DNA from: Patescibacteria group bacterium
GTDB taxonomy: Bacteria; Patescibacteriota; Dojkabacteria; J137
Assembly (NCBI GenBank): GCA_963169855.1
Contig: CAUJCN010000002.1
Span: forward strand, 267,288-331,287
Direction of reading: 5' to 3'
DNA length: 64,000 nucleotides
Position numbers and translations under genes: made by a program
Notes under the pieces: generated by a model
What the model saw: the letters and a program-made list of their open reading frames with translations, nothing else
Told to the model about the DNA's origin: nothing
Database searches by the model: none
Shown: positions 19,165 to 31,300 of the stretch, in pieces
Layout of the letters: each line of letters starts with the position of its first letter
Numbering within the stretch: position 1 is the stretch's first letter

Positions 19165-20896
19165 TGAACATTTCTAGCCACAAAGGTCTTACGTTATAGA
19201 AGGCAAGTAAATCTCCTGCAGGAATCTGAGGTTTTTCTAACATTACTAACATGGCAAAAGTTCTTTCTTCTGATTGATCGTATCCAACGAAAGATGCATT
19301 AATGTTGTTTGAATATGCTCCATTTTCTACAACCAAAGCAGTTCCAGACTTAACTCCTAAATTGTACTGACTGATAGCAGATGTATAAGGTTCATAGCTC
19401 ACAAGACTCTTTTCGTAGTTAATTCCCATCATGTAACCCATAATGTCAGCAGTATCTTTAGAAACAACTCTCTCTACAACTACTGGTTTATATTCCTGAA
19501 CATTCCCATCTGCATCAACAATTTTATCTACAATTCTTGGTCTAACTCTAACACCTTGATTTGCTAAAGCTGCAACATACTCAACACCTTGAATAGCGTT
19601 AATTTGGTAACCGTGGCCGTATGAATATGCGGCAACATCTCCCAAGTTCCATTCTTCAGGTTTTTTTAGAATTCCGTATGAGTCCCCTGACCCTAAGTCT
19701 ATTCCACTTGCTTTACCTATTCCAAACCCAGAAAGATATTGATAAAAACTACCTTTACTCATTAACTTTGAAATATGATAGAAACAAATGTTGTCTGATT
19801 TGTTAAAGCAGTCCTTCGCCATTAATGCACCTTGAGGTTTCTTATCCCAGGTACACAAAGGAGCTAAGTCTGTAGAAATTTCTTCGCAACCATTGTGTCC
19901 TTCTGGTTGAATAATCGTTTCGGGAGTTATTAATTTTTGATCTATCGCTGCAGCTAAAGTAATAATTTTTCCAATAGAACCTGCTTCGTAAGGTCTAGTA
20001 ATGGCAGAGTTTCCAAATTCTCCTTGCCTTCTATCGTTGGGATCGTAATCTGGATAATTTGCTAAAGCTTTAATTGCTCCTGTTTTAGGATCCATAATTA
20101 CTACAATTCCAGACAAAGCTTGGTACTGCTCTACCCCAGCTTTGATTCTTGCTTCAGCTTTTTCTTGAAGTTTTTTATCAATCGTTAAGTAAATTGAGCT
20201 TCCATTTTTCGGCTCAATTGTTGGAAGAAGTGCTGCTGTAATTGTTTGCCCAATAGCATCTCTTTCACTTTGCAAGAATCCATTTTGAGGATTTAAAACT
20301 CCATTGTAATATTCTTCAACTCCACCAACGCCATACAGTTCTTCAGATTTCTTGTTTGTTAGGCCAATAACGTGTGAGGCTAATTTCCCTTCTGGATAAA
20401 ATCTTTTTGAAGTCAAAATATAGTCCCAACCTGTAAGTTTCTGATTGTTATCTGCGTTCTTTCTTAAATCCTTTAAATTTTGATAAGTTTCAAAATTAAC
20501 ATTCTTAGCAATTGGAATCCATCGTATCTTATTACCATAATATGTATCGATCTTTCCACTGATTTCGTTTTGAGGAATATTTAATGCGATTGAAAATTTT
20601 TCCAAAAGTTCAGCTCTTGTTTGATTACCCCTGGTCTCAGCAATCACAAGATCATCCATATAAATGTAGATATCAAATGAAGGTTCTGAGTAGGCTAATG
20701 TTGATCCGTCACTGGAATAAATAGTCCCTCTGTAACTTTTAAGTTCGAAGGTTGCTGCTCTTCCTTTCGCATAATCAATAAATTTGGAAGCCTCAGCAAC
20801 TTGCCATCTTAAGGAGAAAACAATACTTATAATAAACAGCACAACTAATATTGTATGGATAAACTTAATTTTCCCACTAATGTTGTCTTTGTTCAT
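19124..20896 (-). CDS. ftsI: penicillin-binding protein 2 / FtsI-type transpeptidase
   Basis: 590 aa. N-terminal TM. PBP dimerisation domain. Transpeptidase motifs 'SIGK' (SxxK), 'SDN'-like and 'KSG'. Its position after ftsL is conserved. Confidence 0.85.
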   Translation of the reverse strand: MNKDNISGKIKFIHTILVVLFIISIVFSLRWQVAEASKFIDYAKGRAATFELKSYRGTIYSSDGSTLAYSEPSFDIYIYMDDLVIAETRGNQTRAELLEKFSIALNIPQNEISGKIDTYYGNKIRWIPIAKNVNFETYQNLKDLRKNADNNQKLTGWDYILTSKRFYPEGKLASHVIGLTNKKSEELYGVGGVEEYYNGVLNPQNGFLQSERDAIGQTITAALLPTIEPKNGSSIYLTIDKKLQEKAEARIKAGVEQYQALSGIVVIMDPKTGAIKALANYPDYDPNDRRQGEFGNSAITRPYEAGSIGKIITLAAAIDQKLITPETIIQPEGHNGCEEISTDLAPLCTWDKKPQGALMAKDCFNKSDNICFYHISKLMSKGSFYQYLSGFGIGKASGIDLGSGDSYGILKKPEEWNLGDVAAYSYGHGYQINAIQGVEYVAALANQGVRVRPRIVDKIVDADGNVQEYKPVVVERVVSKDTADIMGYMMGINYEKSLVSYEPYTSAISQYNLGVKSGTALVVENGAYSNNINASFVGYDQSEERTFAMLVMLEKPQIPAGDLLAFYNVRPLWLEMFNDVKDILGVPRRN

Positions 20897-21183
20897 AGTG
20901 TTGCCACCTGCTCAGAAGAATCCAGAAGATAATTAACAGTCTTTTCTTGTAATTGATATTTTGCAGAAACGCCTAGACTTCCATTAACGGTCTTCTCCTT
21001 GTTAATTTCTGAAACTAGCATTTCGTTTTCTAATCTTAGTCTATCCTTCTGAATTCTAATACTATCTATCTCTTGTGATTTAGTTCCTAAGAATGAGGTT
21101 ACAAGAATCTGAGACAAGAAGAATCCTATTCCTAGGATTGCATTAAGAACAATTACGTTTTTATTTAGAACTTTGAAGTTCAT
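20893..21183 (-). CDS. ftsL: cell division protein FtsL-like
   Basis: 96 aa. Single TM plus coiled coil ('RIQKDRLRLENEMLVSEINKEK'). Sits between rsmH and ftsI. Confidence 0.6.
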   Translation of the reverse strand: MNFKVLNKNVIVLNAILGIGFFLSQILVTSFLGTKSQEIDSIRIQKDRLRLENEMLVSEINKEKTVNGSLGVSAKYQLQEKTVNYLLDSSEQVATL

Positions 21184-22073
21184 CCAATAAATTCATAACA
21201 AAATAGTTTAGCGCTTCTTGAACTTAGATTTTCAAGCAACTCTTCCACAGTTGGTCTTACTTCTTTTGCAATTTCTCTAAACTTTGAATTTCCATTGAAG
21301 AAACTTTTCAAAATTGCTTCCTCCCCAGAATGAAAAGTGATTATGCATACTCTTCCATTTACATTCATTACCTTCTGCAAATCCTGAAATGCTAGTTTTA
21401 AGTTGTACATTTCGTTATTAACAGCTATTCTTAGAGCTTGATAAACTTTAGAGAACATTCCCATTCTCTTTGATTTTTCTCTCGCGTTATCAAATCTAAA
21501 GGTTTTATCGATCAATTTGTTTAGATCATCAACTTTAGTAAATAGTTTTCTCTTTCTCTCGATTTTGATGCCTTCAACTAGTTTCTTTAAATTGCTTCCA
21601 CGGATATCTGCGTATTCTGTAAACAGTTTTTCTAACTCTTTCGCTCCTAGTCCATTTAACAAATCTTTAGCCATAATTCCATAAGTCATGTCTAACCTCA
21701 TGTCTAGTTCCGCATCTTTGTTTAGGTAAGATAGCCCTTCCATTCGATCAAGCTGATCCATAGACCAGCCTAAATCAAAGAGAATTCCATCTACTTTTTC
21801 AATACCTGTCTCTTCAATTACCCTCTCGAGATTAGAAAAGTTAGCATTTCGTGCATAAATACGAACGTTTTTAATCTCTTGAGTTCCTTTTGTAAAATCT
21901 TCTATGTGCTTACTATCAATATCTAATGCAAGTAGTGTTCCTTTCTTAAGTTGCTCTACTATTGCTAAAGAGTGTCCTCCCTCGCCTAATGTGCAATCAA
22001 CATAAGTTCCGCCTTCCTTTATCGCTAAAAATTCTATTGATTCTTTTTTTAAAACTGGTATATGCTTTTTCAC
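21180..22073 (-). CDS. rsmH: 16S rRNA (cytosine1402-N4)-methyltransferase RsmH/MraW
   Basis: 'HIPVLKKESIEFLAIKEGGTYVDCTLGEGGHSLAI' matches the MraW N-terminus. Confidence 0.88.
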   Translation of the reverse strand: MKKHIPVLKKESIEFLAIKEGGTYVDCTLGEGGHSLAIVEQLKKGTLLALDIDSKHIEDFTKGTQEIKNVRIYARNANFSNLERVIEETGIEKVDGILFDLGWSMDQLDRMEGLSYLNKDAELDMRLDMTYGIMAKDLLNGLGAKELEKLFTEYADIRGSNLKKLVEGIKIERKRKLFTKVDDLNKLIDKTFRFDNAREKSKRMGMFSKVYQALRIAVNNEMYNLKLAFQDLQKVMNVNGRVCIITFHSGEEAILKSFFNGNSKFREIAKEVRPTVEELLENLSSRSAKLFCYEFIG

Positions 22074-22486
22074 AATCTTTCCGCTAGATCACTAACGTTA
22101 TCTTTTAATAAATCTAATTTTTTGTTCCACTGTTCTTCAGACCAAATTTCTGCCCACTCTCCTACTCCTATAAATACTGCTGTATTTGCTATGTGAGCAA
22201 AGTTTAATAGACTATCAGGAATAACAAATCTTCCTTGAGAATCCATTTCTACTTCTACAGCTCCTCCTAACAAAAATCTTTTTGTATCTCTTACACTCAA
22301 ATTTAACAACGACTTAGAATTTACTTCTTCTATAAGCCTTGTCCATCTTAAGTCGTCTACTAGAATTAAACATCCTTCGTATCCTCGAGTAACAACAATC
22401 TTTCCAATTAGTTCTTCACGAATCTTTTTTGGAACAGCGATTCTATTTTTTTCACCTACTTGAGATGAATACTCACCTAGCAACAT
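22070..22486 (-). CDS. mraZ: transcriptional regulator MraZ
   Basis: 'MLLGEYSSQVGEKNRIAVPKKIREEL' followed by a second SpoVT-AbrB-like repeat. It is the first gene of the dcw cluster. Confidence 0.88.
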   Translation of the reverse strand: MLLGEYSSQVGEKNRIAVPKKIREELIGKIVVTRGYEGCLILVDDLRWTRLIEEVNSKSLLNLSVRDTKRFLLGGAVEVEMDSQGRFVIPDSLLNFAHIANTAVFIGVGEWAEIWSEEQWNKKLDLLKDNVSDLAERL

Positions 22487-22651
22487 TCGTGGATTAAGTT
22501 AAAACAGTTAAAAGTGCAATCTTTTGTGTTTCACCACTTTTCACCACTTATTGCCAGTTTATGTGAAAAGCGTAAACGTGTCAAGAATATTAGCACGAAA
22601 ATATGATATAAATTGAAGAATTTTGAATGAAAAGTGGGGCGTGGTTTTAGA

Positions 22652-24598
22652 CTATAAAGTCCAAGTCGAAAGATTTCTAAATCTTGACTCTAAAGAGTTA
22701 ACATCTTTTAGATCCATGTTATCGATTCTTTTATTAGCGTAGTAAATGAATTCAGGATGATACAGGAATACAACAGGTGCATCGTCTGCTAACAACGCTT
22801 GAAATTCCAAGTAGCTATCTTTTCTTCTTTCTCTATCTTCTCTAGGATCCAACTTCCTTGCAGTTTCCAATATATTATCTACTTTCGAAACTCTTATCAC
22901 TGTCCTATTTCCATTGGCGTCTTCTCCAACTTGAACAGTTTCAACGCTTCCTTTATATCCTGATAAGTTTAATCCTGGAGTTTTTTCCTGACTGCTATGG
23001 AACAGTTCGTACCTATCTGGATCGATAAAAGTGTTCATTCCGTATAGAATTACATCGAAAAGCCTTGGTGACAAATATTGGTTGTTAATCTCTTCCAATG
23101 ACCAACCTGCAGGTGCATTTGCTCCATTTTGTTGACCCGGAATCTCCCTTCTATCGATCACAACTTTTACCCCTATTTGTTCTAGATCTCTTTGAATGCT
23201 TCTTCCAACATTTACTCTATCAAAACTATCCACGAAGAAAAGATTAAACGACATTAATTCTCCCGCTGAATTTGTTCTATATTCATCTCCATTTCTAAAT
23301 TTCCAATCAGTTGCATCTAAAAGTTCCGAAGCCTTTGCTTTATTGTAAGTTGCCCAACCCGCTGCAGGATTAAAGAATTCAGACTTGGAGGAAATTGGAC
23401 CTAGAGCCTCCTCTCCTGCTCCCTGCAGAGCATTCTCTACTAATTCTTGCCTATTAATTGCGTAAGAAATCGCTTTTCTAACATTAGTATCCAGCAAGAA
23501 ACTCGGACCAATTGAAGTTCCATCCGGTTTTTTCCTCAAATTAAAATACAACCCCCAGAATTGATTTACCAAAACTGGGCTGTTAAATTGCTTAATATTG
23601 TTAAATCTATCTATATCTTGATTGTACTGAGTGGTGGACGCTGCAAATGTATGAATAGCTCCAGTTTCTAACGCGACTATAGCTTCTTCGAAAGTTTTAA
23701 ACATTCTGAATTGGATTTTTGAGAATGTCATTGTTTCTGGCTGATAGTAATTTTGATTGAAATCCAATGTAACAACGCTGCTATCAATAGATGCAAATCT
23801 ATATTTTCCTGTCCCTACTGGTTCTCTGAACAAGCTTGGCTGAGCTGTATCAATTACTGCAATTGTGATATCTCGTGCTCGGTGTTCTGGAATTATTTTG
23901 ACAGAGATCAGCTCCAAGAAGTTGGACAAAATTGGGTTGTCGCTTGTTTGATTACATGAAGTTCCATCTGCAGTTCCTCTAGTACAAATTCTAATCGTAT
24001 AATCGTCAACGATTTCCCACCTCATCTGCTTGATAGCTTTAATATATGCTTCATCTCTATTTTCAATCGAAGATAATAACTCTAAAGTTCTAGCAACATC
24101 TTTTGATGTAAAAGGAATTCCATCATGCCACCTGACGTTTTTTCTTAAATTAAACTGATAGTCAGCTCCTTCTCTAAATCTAATGACTTCTTCAGCTAGA
24201 ACATTGGTGATCTTAGGTGTCCAAGTTCCTTCCTCAGGCTGGTCGTATTCGAATCTTATTAATGGCTCGTAGACAAGTTCTGTAATATCTCTTTCTAGTT
24301 GAACTCCTGATGGAATAAGTGGATTAATTCTATTAAGTTTTTGTAGTGCTCCGTTAGAGTCAGAACCCATAATAACTCCTTCTACTAAGAATGTATTATC
24401 AGATCTAACAACAGTAAATGAGAATCCTCCAGCGATAACAACAATAAGTATTGCTGAAATCACATGAGATTTTGGAGAAAATTTTTTATAGAAGGCTTCG
24501 AATCGATTAAAATATACAACAAGGTAGTCTGGATAATTCCACACCAATTCTCTGATCGAATATAGAGTTTTTTCTATTCTTGATAGTATTTTAACCAT
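22652..24598 (-). CDS. ABC transporter substrate-binding protein, family 5 (peptide/nickel-type)
   Basis: 648 aa. N-terminal TM anchor. SBP_bac_5-like body. Confidence 0.65.
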   Translation of the reverse strand: MVKILSRIEKTLYSIRELVWNYPDYLVVYFNRFEAFYKKFSPKSHVISAILIVVIAGGFSFTVVRSDNTFLVEGVIMGSDSNGALQKLNRINPLIPSGVQLERDITELVYEPLIRFEYDQPEEGTWTPKITNVLAEEVIRFREGADYQFNLRKNVRWHDGIPFTSKDVARTLELLSSIENRDEAYIKAIKQMRWEIVDDYTIRICTRGTADGTSCNQTSDNPILSNFLELISVKIIPEHRARDITIAVIDTAQPSLFREPVGTGKYRFASIDSSVVTLDFNQNYYQPETMTFSKIQFRMFKTFEEAIVALETGAIHTFAASTTQYNQDIDRFNNIKQFNSPVLVNQFWGLYFNLRKKPDGTSIGPSFLLDTNVRKAISYAINRQELVENALQGAGEEALGPISSKSEFFNPAAGWATYNKAKASELLDATDWKFRNGDEYRTNSAGELMSFNLFFVDSFDRVNVGRSIQRDLEQIGVKVVIDRREIPGQQNGANAPAGWSLEEINNQYLSPRLFDVILYGMNTFIDPDRYELFHSSQEKTPGLNLSGYKGSVETVQVGEDANGNRTVIRVSKVDNILETARKLDPREDRERRKDSYLEFQALLADDAPVVFLYHPEFIYYANKRIDNMDLKDVNSLESRFRNLSTWTL

Positions 24599-24824
24599 TT
24601 GTTAATGCGATCGCTATTGCAAGTGCGGCAAATAGAAATCCCAAAACTAAAGTAGAATTGTAAAGTAATGCTTCTAAACCTCTTCGAGATCTGTAGGATT
24701 CTCCTCCTGAAGTTCCCCCGAAAACTGTTCCAAGCCCTCCGTTTCTATTCTGCATTAAAATGCTGATGGAAAGAAGGAAAGCAACTACTGCTTCTGCGTA
24801 TTTAAATATAGTATTAATATCCAT
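24591..24824 (-). CDS. secG: preprotein translocase subunit SecG
   Basis: 77 aa with two TM helices. 'LLSISILMQNRNGGLGTVFGGTSGGESYRSRRG' matches the SecG consensus. Confidence 0.75.
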   Translation of the reverse strand: MDINTIFKYAEAVVAFLLSISILMQNRNGGLGTVFGGTSGGESYRSRRGLEALLYNSTLVLGFLFAALAIAIALTNG

Positions 24825-24895
24825 GAATTTATTTGTAACTTCTCAGATTTTAACTGAAAAAACCTAAAATGACCACTTTATATCGGTCACCAAAT

Positions 24896-24906
24896 TTGAG
24901 TATAAA
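24896..24906 (+). promoter_or_regulatory. candidate -10 element (TG-n2-TATAAA) upstream of the giant surface protein gene
   Basis: 'ttgagTATAAAt' lies about 75 nt upstream of the TTG at 24982. Weak prediction. Confidence 0.2.
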
Positions 24907-24981
24907 TTAAATACAAAAAGTCCTTGAAATGATTTTTAAAATCTATATGATATCTATTAGGTTAATTTTTGCACTTTTAAC

Positions 24982-25377
24982 TTGGAAAAGCACTACAACG
25001 AAAAAACTAAACGTTCATGGGTTCTATGGACACTTGTAATTATAATTTTAGGCATCTTAGCTTTCTTCCTTTTACGACCAAATAACGTAATCATCAAAGG
25101 TAAAATCTTACCTAATCAGCAAGGGAATTTCACGTCTGGATATTATGATTTTAGGATTAAAGTCGAAAGCAAAGATGTAGAGAAAGAGCAAAAAACTTAT
25201 TTTGTTTCTGATCATTCAGATATTTCTGTAGACTCGCAAGGAAGGTTCGAAATTTCTCAAGAGATTCCACGAGGAATAGATAAATCTGTAGCTGCTGATC
25301 TGATTGTTTGTTACTCCTCTACAGCAACAAATAGACCAGATGGAATTACTCGTGATACCGAAAGTGTTGATACCTGA
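24982..25377 (+). CDS. signal-anchor ORF, probably the N-terminus of the giant surface protein, separated from it by one in-frame TGA
   Basis: TTG start. 'KTKRSWVLWTLVIIILGILAFFLL' is a positively charged n-region plus hydrophobic core. It ends at TGA 25375-25377, and the next codon (25378) opens the 2499-aa ORF in the same frame. Confidence 0.5.
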   Translation: MEKHYNEKTKRSWVLWTLVIIILGILAFFLLRPNNVIIKGKILPNQQGNFTSGYYDFRIKVESKDVEKEQKTYFVSDHSDISVDSQGRFEISQEIPRGIDKSVAADLIVCYSSTATNRPDGITRDTESVDT

Positions 25378-28300
25378 TTGAATTCAGAACCAGAAATTTA
25401 CGATACTAATCTTTGTGCTATTGATTTTAGTTCTACAGCTCCAAACAATCTACTTACAGAAATAATAGGTGTAAGACAAGTTTTGGTTTCTGGAGTTTGT
25501 AATGGCGTAAATCAGGATGCGCCTGCAGGACCGGATGAGGATGAACAGACTCTATCATTTAATCCATTAACAAACACTTTATCAATTTTGAATGGAAATT
25601 CTGTAGTTATTCCTTTAGGAACAGGTACCACTGTTCAAAATAATTCATACCCTACAAATATTTCAAATCCAATTTCTGGATTAACTCAAGTAAATACTGG
25701 TAACGGATTGATGGGAGGCCCAATTACTTCTTCAGGGACAATCGAAGTTGATGCGCCAACTTGTGCTGGAACAGATAAACTTCAATGGAATGGAACAGCC
25801 TTTGTATGTTCTCCTGATATTATGGGGGGTGGAGTAAACAGCGTTACTGCAAGTGGACCAATTCTATCTTCAGGAGGAACTACCCCAAATATTAGTTTAG
25901 CCGCTTGTCCTGCTGGACAGTCTTATGTACACGATGGATCGAACTGGGTTTGTCAGGCTGCACCTACTGCGATAACTGTACAAAACGGGCTAACCGATAT
26001 AGGAGGTGGAATTGTCGAACTTGGTGGTTCGAACCCACTACTACATGACACTGATATTATAAGTGATGGAAATAACTTGAACTTTACAGGAACAGGAAGA
26101 TTTGGAATTGGAACAAATACACCAGAATTTAAGCTTGATATAGATAACGATGGAGTAAATGGTGGTGGAATAATTGCCAGGGGAACTTTCGGAAGTGGAG
26201 CAACTTTAACAACAAACGGTGCTGGGGAAAGATTGATTTGGGATCCTGCAACAGGAGCATTCAGAGCAGGTGGTGTTTCGGGAAATCAATGGGATTTAGC
26301 AAACATCGGGATATACTCTTTTGCTGCAGGACAAGATAATTTAGTCTCTGGAAGTCATTCAGCTGCTTTTGGCTCTGGAAACAATGTTGCTGGGAACAAC
26401 TCTTTTGCCTCTGGAACAGCTAACTCTGTCCTTTCAAACTTTTCTAACGTATTCGGTTTAGCTAACACAGTCAATGGTGCATTTGCCACAGCTATGGGAT
26501 TATCTTCGAGTGCAACAGGAACTGCAGCCTTTGCATCTGGATCTAGTGCAGCTGCAACAGGGAATAATTCGGTCGCTATCGGAACATCTGTTAGTGCTAC
26601 TGCACAGTCCGCGATTGCAATGGGTGCTAACTCAACTGCATCAGGTCAAAGCAGTACTGCAATCGGATTCTTTAATAACGTCTCTGGTTTTAACTCAACT
26701 GCTGTAGGATTCAACAATCAATTAAACTCGGACAATGGATTTGCATTTGGATATCAAAATACTCAGGCAGCCGCTATAGGTGATGCATACCTTTTTGGTC
26801 TAGCAAACACAGCTAACTCAGGAACTGCTGTTCTTGTTGGTACTAACAACGTGGCAAACGGTGGTACGTCAGTTGTAGCAGGATTTCAGAACACTACTAA
26901 TGGTCAGTTTTCAAATATTTTTGGTAGATTATCTACAACGACTGGAGATTTTTCTAGCGCTTTCGGAACAGGATTAACTTCTCAAGGATATTCTCAAACT
27001 GTTTTAGGAAGATACAATGTAGCCTCAGGTACACAGGGTTCATTAGTCCAAACTGACGAAGGTTTAGTTTTTGGAAATGGTACTTCTCTAGGAAACGAAA
27101 GTAATGCATTCAGTATTAGCTGGCAAGGAAGAACGACAATGTATGGAACTTCCGCAATTGTTCCAGTTTCTCCTGCTGCAGCAGGATCAATCTACTTTGA
27201 TGCAAACACAAATACTTTCCAATGTTCAGAAAATGGTGGCGCATACTTTGACTGTTTTGGTGGATCTGCAGCTGGTGTTACCGATATTAACGGAGAGTCC
27301 GGTTCGATTACATTAAGTGGTGATTCTCCTATCACAGTTGGGAACGTTGGACCTGCTTTTAGTGTAGGGTTGGCTCCTTGTGCTTCTAACCAAACTTATG
27401 TATATGTAGCGGGTAATTGGCTATGTTCTGATGAAAATCTTTTGTATTATGATGAATCAAATAATGTCCCTGGTGTAGAGGCTGCGGCAACAGGAACTAA
27501 TGCAGTCGCCATTGGAGACAGTGCTACTGCAGGCGGTAACTTTTCTACTGCAATTGGTTGGGCTACATCTGCAAATGGTTTTAGATCACAGGCTTATGGA
27601 ATGGCTAATACTGCTGGAGCTACAGCTACAAACTCACAATTGTTTGGGTTTAATAACAATATCGATACCTTCGATACTGTCTCGGTTGGTTGGAGCAATA
27701 CATCTACCAATGGAGGCGAACTCAATATTTTTGGTAGAAACAATACTGTGAACGGGGCTGATTCTACTGTAGTTGGTTATAACAATACGACTACATTTGG
27801 ATTCTCTGAACAGTATTTATATGGAAGTAATCTTACTTCTTCTGCTGACAATACACATGTTTTTGGAAATGGAATAACAAATAATGTTGCTAACTCTTTG
27901 ATGGTTGGACCAAACTCTTCAAATATTCTTTCTATGCTGTCTACAGGAGAAATGGGATTTGGAAATATCGATCCTACAAGTAGAGTTGATATTTCTGGAG
28001 CTCTTACAATGAGAGGTATGCCTGCACCAGGCTTATCACCTTTAGGACAAGGTCGAATATACTTTGATTCTACAGCTAATGAATTCTTATGTTCAGAAAA
28101 TAATGGTGCATATTTTGACTGTTTTGGCGCTGCAGCTGGTGTTACTTCTGTAACTGCTGGTTTAGGAATGGTTAATTCTGGAACAGCTAGTGATCCTATA
28201 CTGGATGTTCAGGCTGTTAATGCAGTAAGAATCGATGCTACTAACGATGCAGTTATGTTTGGAGGACCCGTTAACTCTGGCTTAGCTCCTTTAATTGAAA

Positions 28301-31300
28301 ATACTCAGGTTCCCCAAGCTGGATTTAGTTTAGCGTTCTTAGGAAATACAGCTGGAGACATGTTTGGAATTGGAACTAACTCGACAGGAACGAACCTAAA
28401 TGAAAGGCTGGATGTAGTTGGTAACATAGAAAACATAGCTGATGTTTCATTAAATCCTGAGTTTATTACAACAACTGCCACAGCAAGCAGTCCAACTTCT
28501 ATTCAAGTAGTTGGGAATAGAGCTTATGTTACTAACCAATCTTCAAGTAACATTCAGGCATTTGATGTTTCTGATCCAAGTACTCCAACCTCAGAATACA
28601 TTATTGGAACAAACTCACAGTCACTCAATTTTATAGCTTCTTCTGGAAGATATATTTATGGAGCAGGCCGAACATCGGGGGTTTTCCAGGTAATTGATAC
28701 ATACAATAACGGCGTAGCCTTTAATACAGTCAAGGGAACTCTAGTATTTACAGGATTTCAAATTACAGGTATAGCTCAATCTGGAAACAATGTAATAGTG
28801 ATTTTAGACGATTTAGCTGCTGGGAATAACGACTTTTTAGCTATAGTTGATGTTTCTAACCCTTCATACCCAAGAGAGACTGGAAGAATTGCATTTGGAG
28901 TAAACACCAACCCAAATGCCGTTGATGTCCAAGGTGGAATTGCTTATGTAGCTTTGAGTAGCCCTACAAACCAAGTACGAGCTGTTGATGTAAATGTTAC
29001 AGAAGCTCCTACACTTTACCCAGTCTACAGTGCGCCTATCTGTAATGCATCGAATACAATCAAGGTTTATGGTAAATTTGCATTTGTTGGTTGCGTTGGA
29101 TCTGCGCAAATTTCAATCATTGATATTAGTAACCCTAATGTTGCAGCTCCCGCAACAGTTGCAACTATTAACGCAGGAGGACCAGTTTCTGAAGTAGAAG
29201 TTTCAGGAAGATACTTATTTGCTACTGTTGCTGGAATTGATGAGTTAAGAATGTGGGACATAAGATTACCTTCTTCTCCAACATTGATTGGAAATGTTTC
29301 AACCGGGGGAACAACACCTAGTTCACTTGATGTCTCTGGAAGGCATGTATATGTGACAAACCAAGTAACCAACACAATGGCCGTTATTGATATTCACGGT
29401 ATAGAAACAACTAGCATTCTTGCTCACAGTGTTGAAAGTGGGCAATTAAATGTGGATGGTGAAACTAATTTATTTGGGAGAGTTAACATTGCGAGCAACG
29501 CTTCAGTTGGATCAAACCTACATGTCGGTGGAGATGTTGGAGTCACAGGAAACATTTCGACACTAATAAATGGATCTATGACTCCTTCGCGTATAGGAAA
29601 TTTAGACTTAGCTCCCGGTAACAACACTGACTTTGTTTTAAATGGGAATTATGCTTACATTATAGATCAGACAGGAAGTGCTCTTCGTGTAATCAATATC
29701 AGTAATCCTGCATTGCCTGTTGCTGTTGGAGTTCCTATATCAACTGGCTTAGGTAGTTCTCCAAGAAGTATTGCAATGGCTGGAAGATATGCTTACACAG
29801 CAAACGATAACTCCTCTATTACGATATTTGACATCACTAACCCTAGTGCACCTGTTTTGATATCAACTTTTGCTATACCAACCACTACTGGACTCAGAGA
29901 GATAATTGCAACAGATAGATATCTTTACGCTACAGGATTAACCAGCAATGCTGTGTTTGCAATAGATGTTTCTAACCCACGAGCTCCTCGTATTGTTTCG
30001 ACTGTCACAGTCTGTACTGATCCTACTAACTTGGCAATGCAGGAAAAATATCTTGTAGTGGGTTGTTCTCAGGCAATTGCTGATAATGTACAAATATGGG
30101 ACTACTCCAACATATTATCGCCATCATTTGTTAGCTCAATAAGCGTTGCAGCTCCCGGTCCATTAGCTGTAGTCGATTTAGATATTCAAGGTAATTTTAT
30201 CTATACTGTAACTACAAATGGAATACAAATTCATAATATATCTACTATAACTACTCCTGTTACCGACTTTGCTTCTGGAACTTTTTTTGGTGGAGCTCCA
30301 GTTGTAATGAGCTCCGTTTTAGCAAACGGTAGATACGTTTACGCTACAATGGGAAATGGACCTGCAGGAAATGCTGTTTGGTTTGCAGTAGATATAACAA
30401 GTTCTGTACTTCCTCGAATTGTTTCAGCTACATTCTCAACTACAGCTATGCATAACAGAGCTTTGATTGTTCGAGGTAAGAACGTGTACACTGTTAATAA
30501 CAATCCACTCAGCAACTCAATTGAAATCTTTGACGTTAATGGAGTTGAGACTTCCACTCTTGTTGCACACAGTGCACAGGCTGGGCAGCTCGTTGTTCAA
30601 AATGATGCAAGCATTGTGGGAAATCTAACAGTTGCTGGTGGAACAACTTTTGCGGGAAATGTAGGAGTAAACGGGGATGCAACTATTAATGGGCAGCTAA
30701 ATGTAACAGGAAGAAATCCAGTATCAGTTGGTCTTACGAATGTCGGAATGTCTCCATCGGCCGTTACTACATCAGGAAGATATCTCTACATGGGAAGTTT
30801 CACTGGAGGAAGAATTTTTGATATAAGTGACCCTACAGCTCCAATTTTACTCAGCTCACCTGCTATGCCAACAACTTCGAGGGCAATTATTCAGGGTCAC
30901 TATATTTACACCTCATTTGGAACGACTTTTACACTATCATCAATCGCAAATCCGAATACCCCTGTAGTTCTATCGAATCTGACTTTGTCTGTCGCTAACA
31001 GGGCTTTTGATATCCAAGGTAAATATGCCTACATGATGAAGTCTAATGGTGAAATGGATATTATTGATATTTCATCAACACAAACAATGAATATAATCTC
31101 TTCTACTATGATAAGTCCTGGAACTATGAATGACATTAAAGTTAGAGGAAGATATGTATATATTACCCACCCAACTTCAACATCGCTGATTATCTATGAT
31201 ATTAGCAACCCTTTAGCCCCAGTATCTGTTGGAAGTGTAGTTCTACCAAGCGTAGGAAATAGGATTGCATTACGGGAATCATACGCATATGTAACACATA

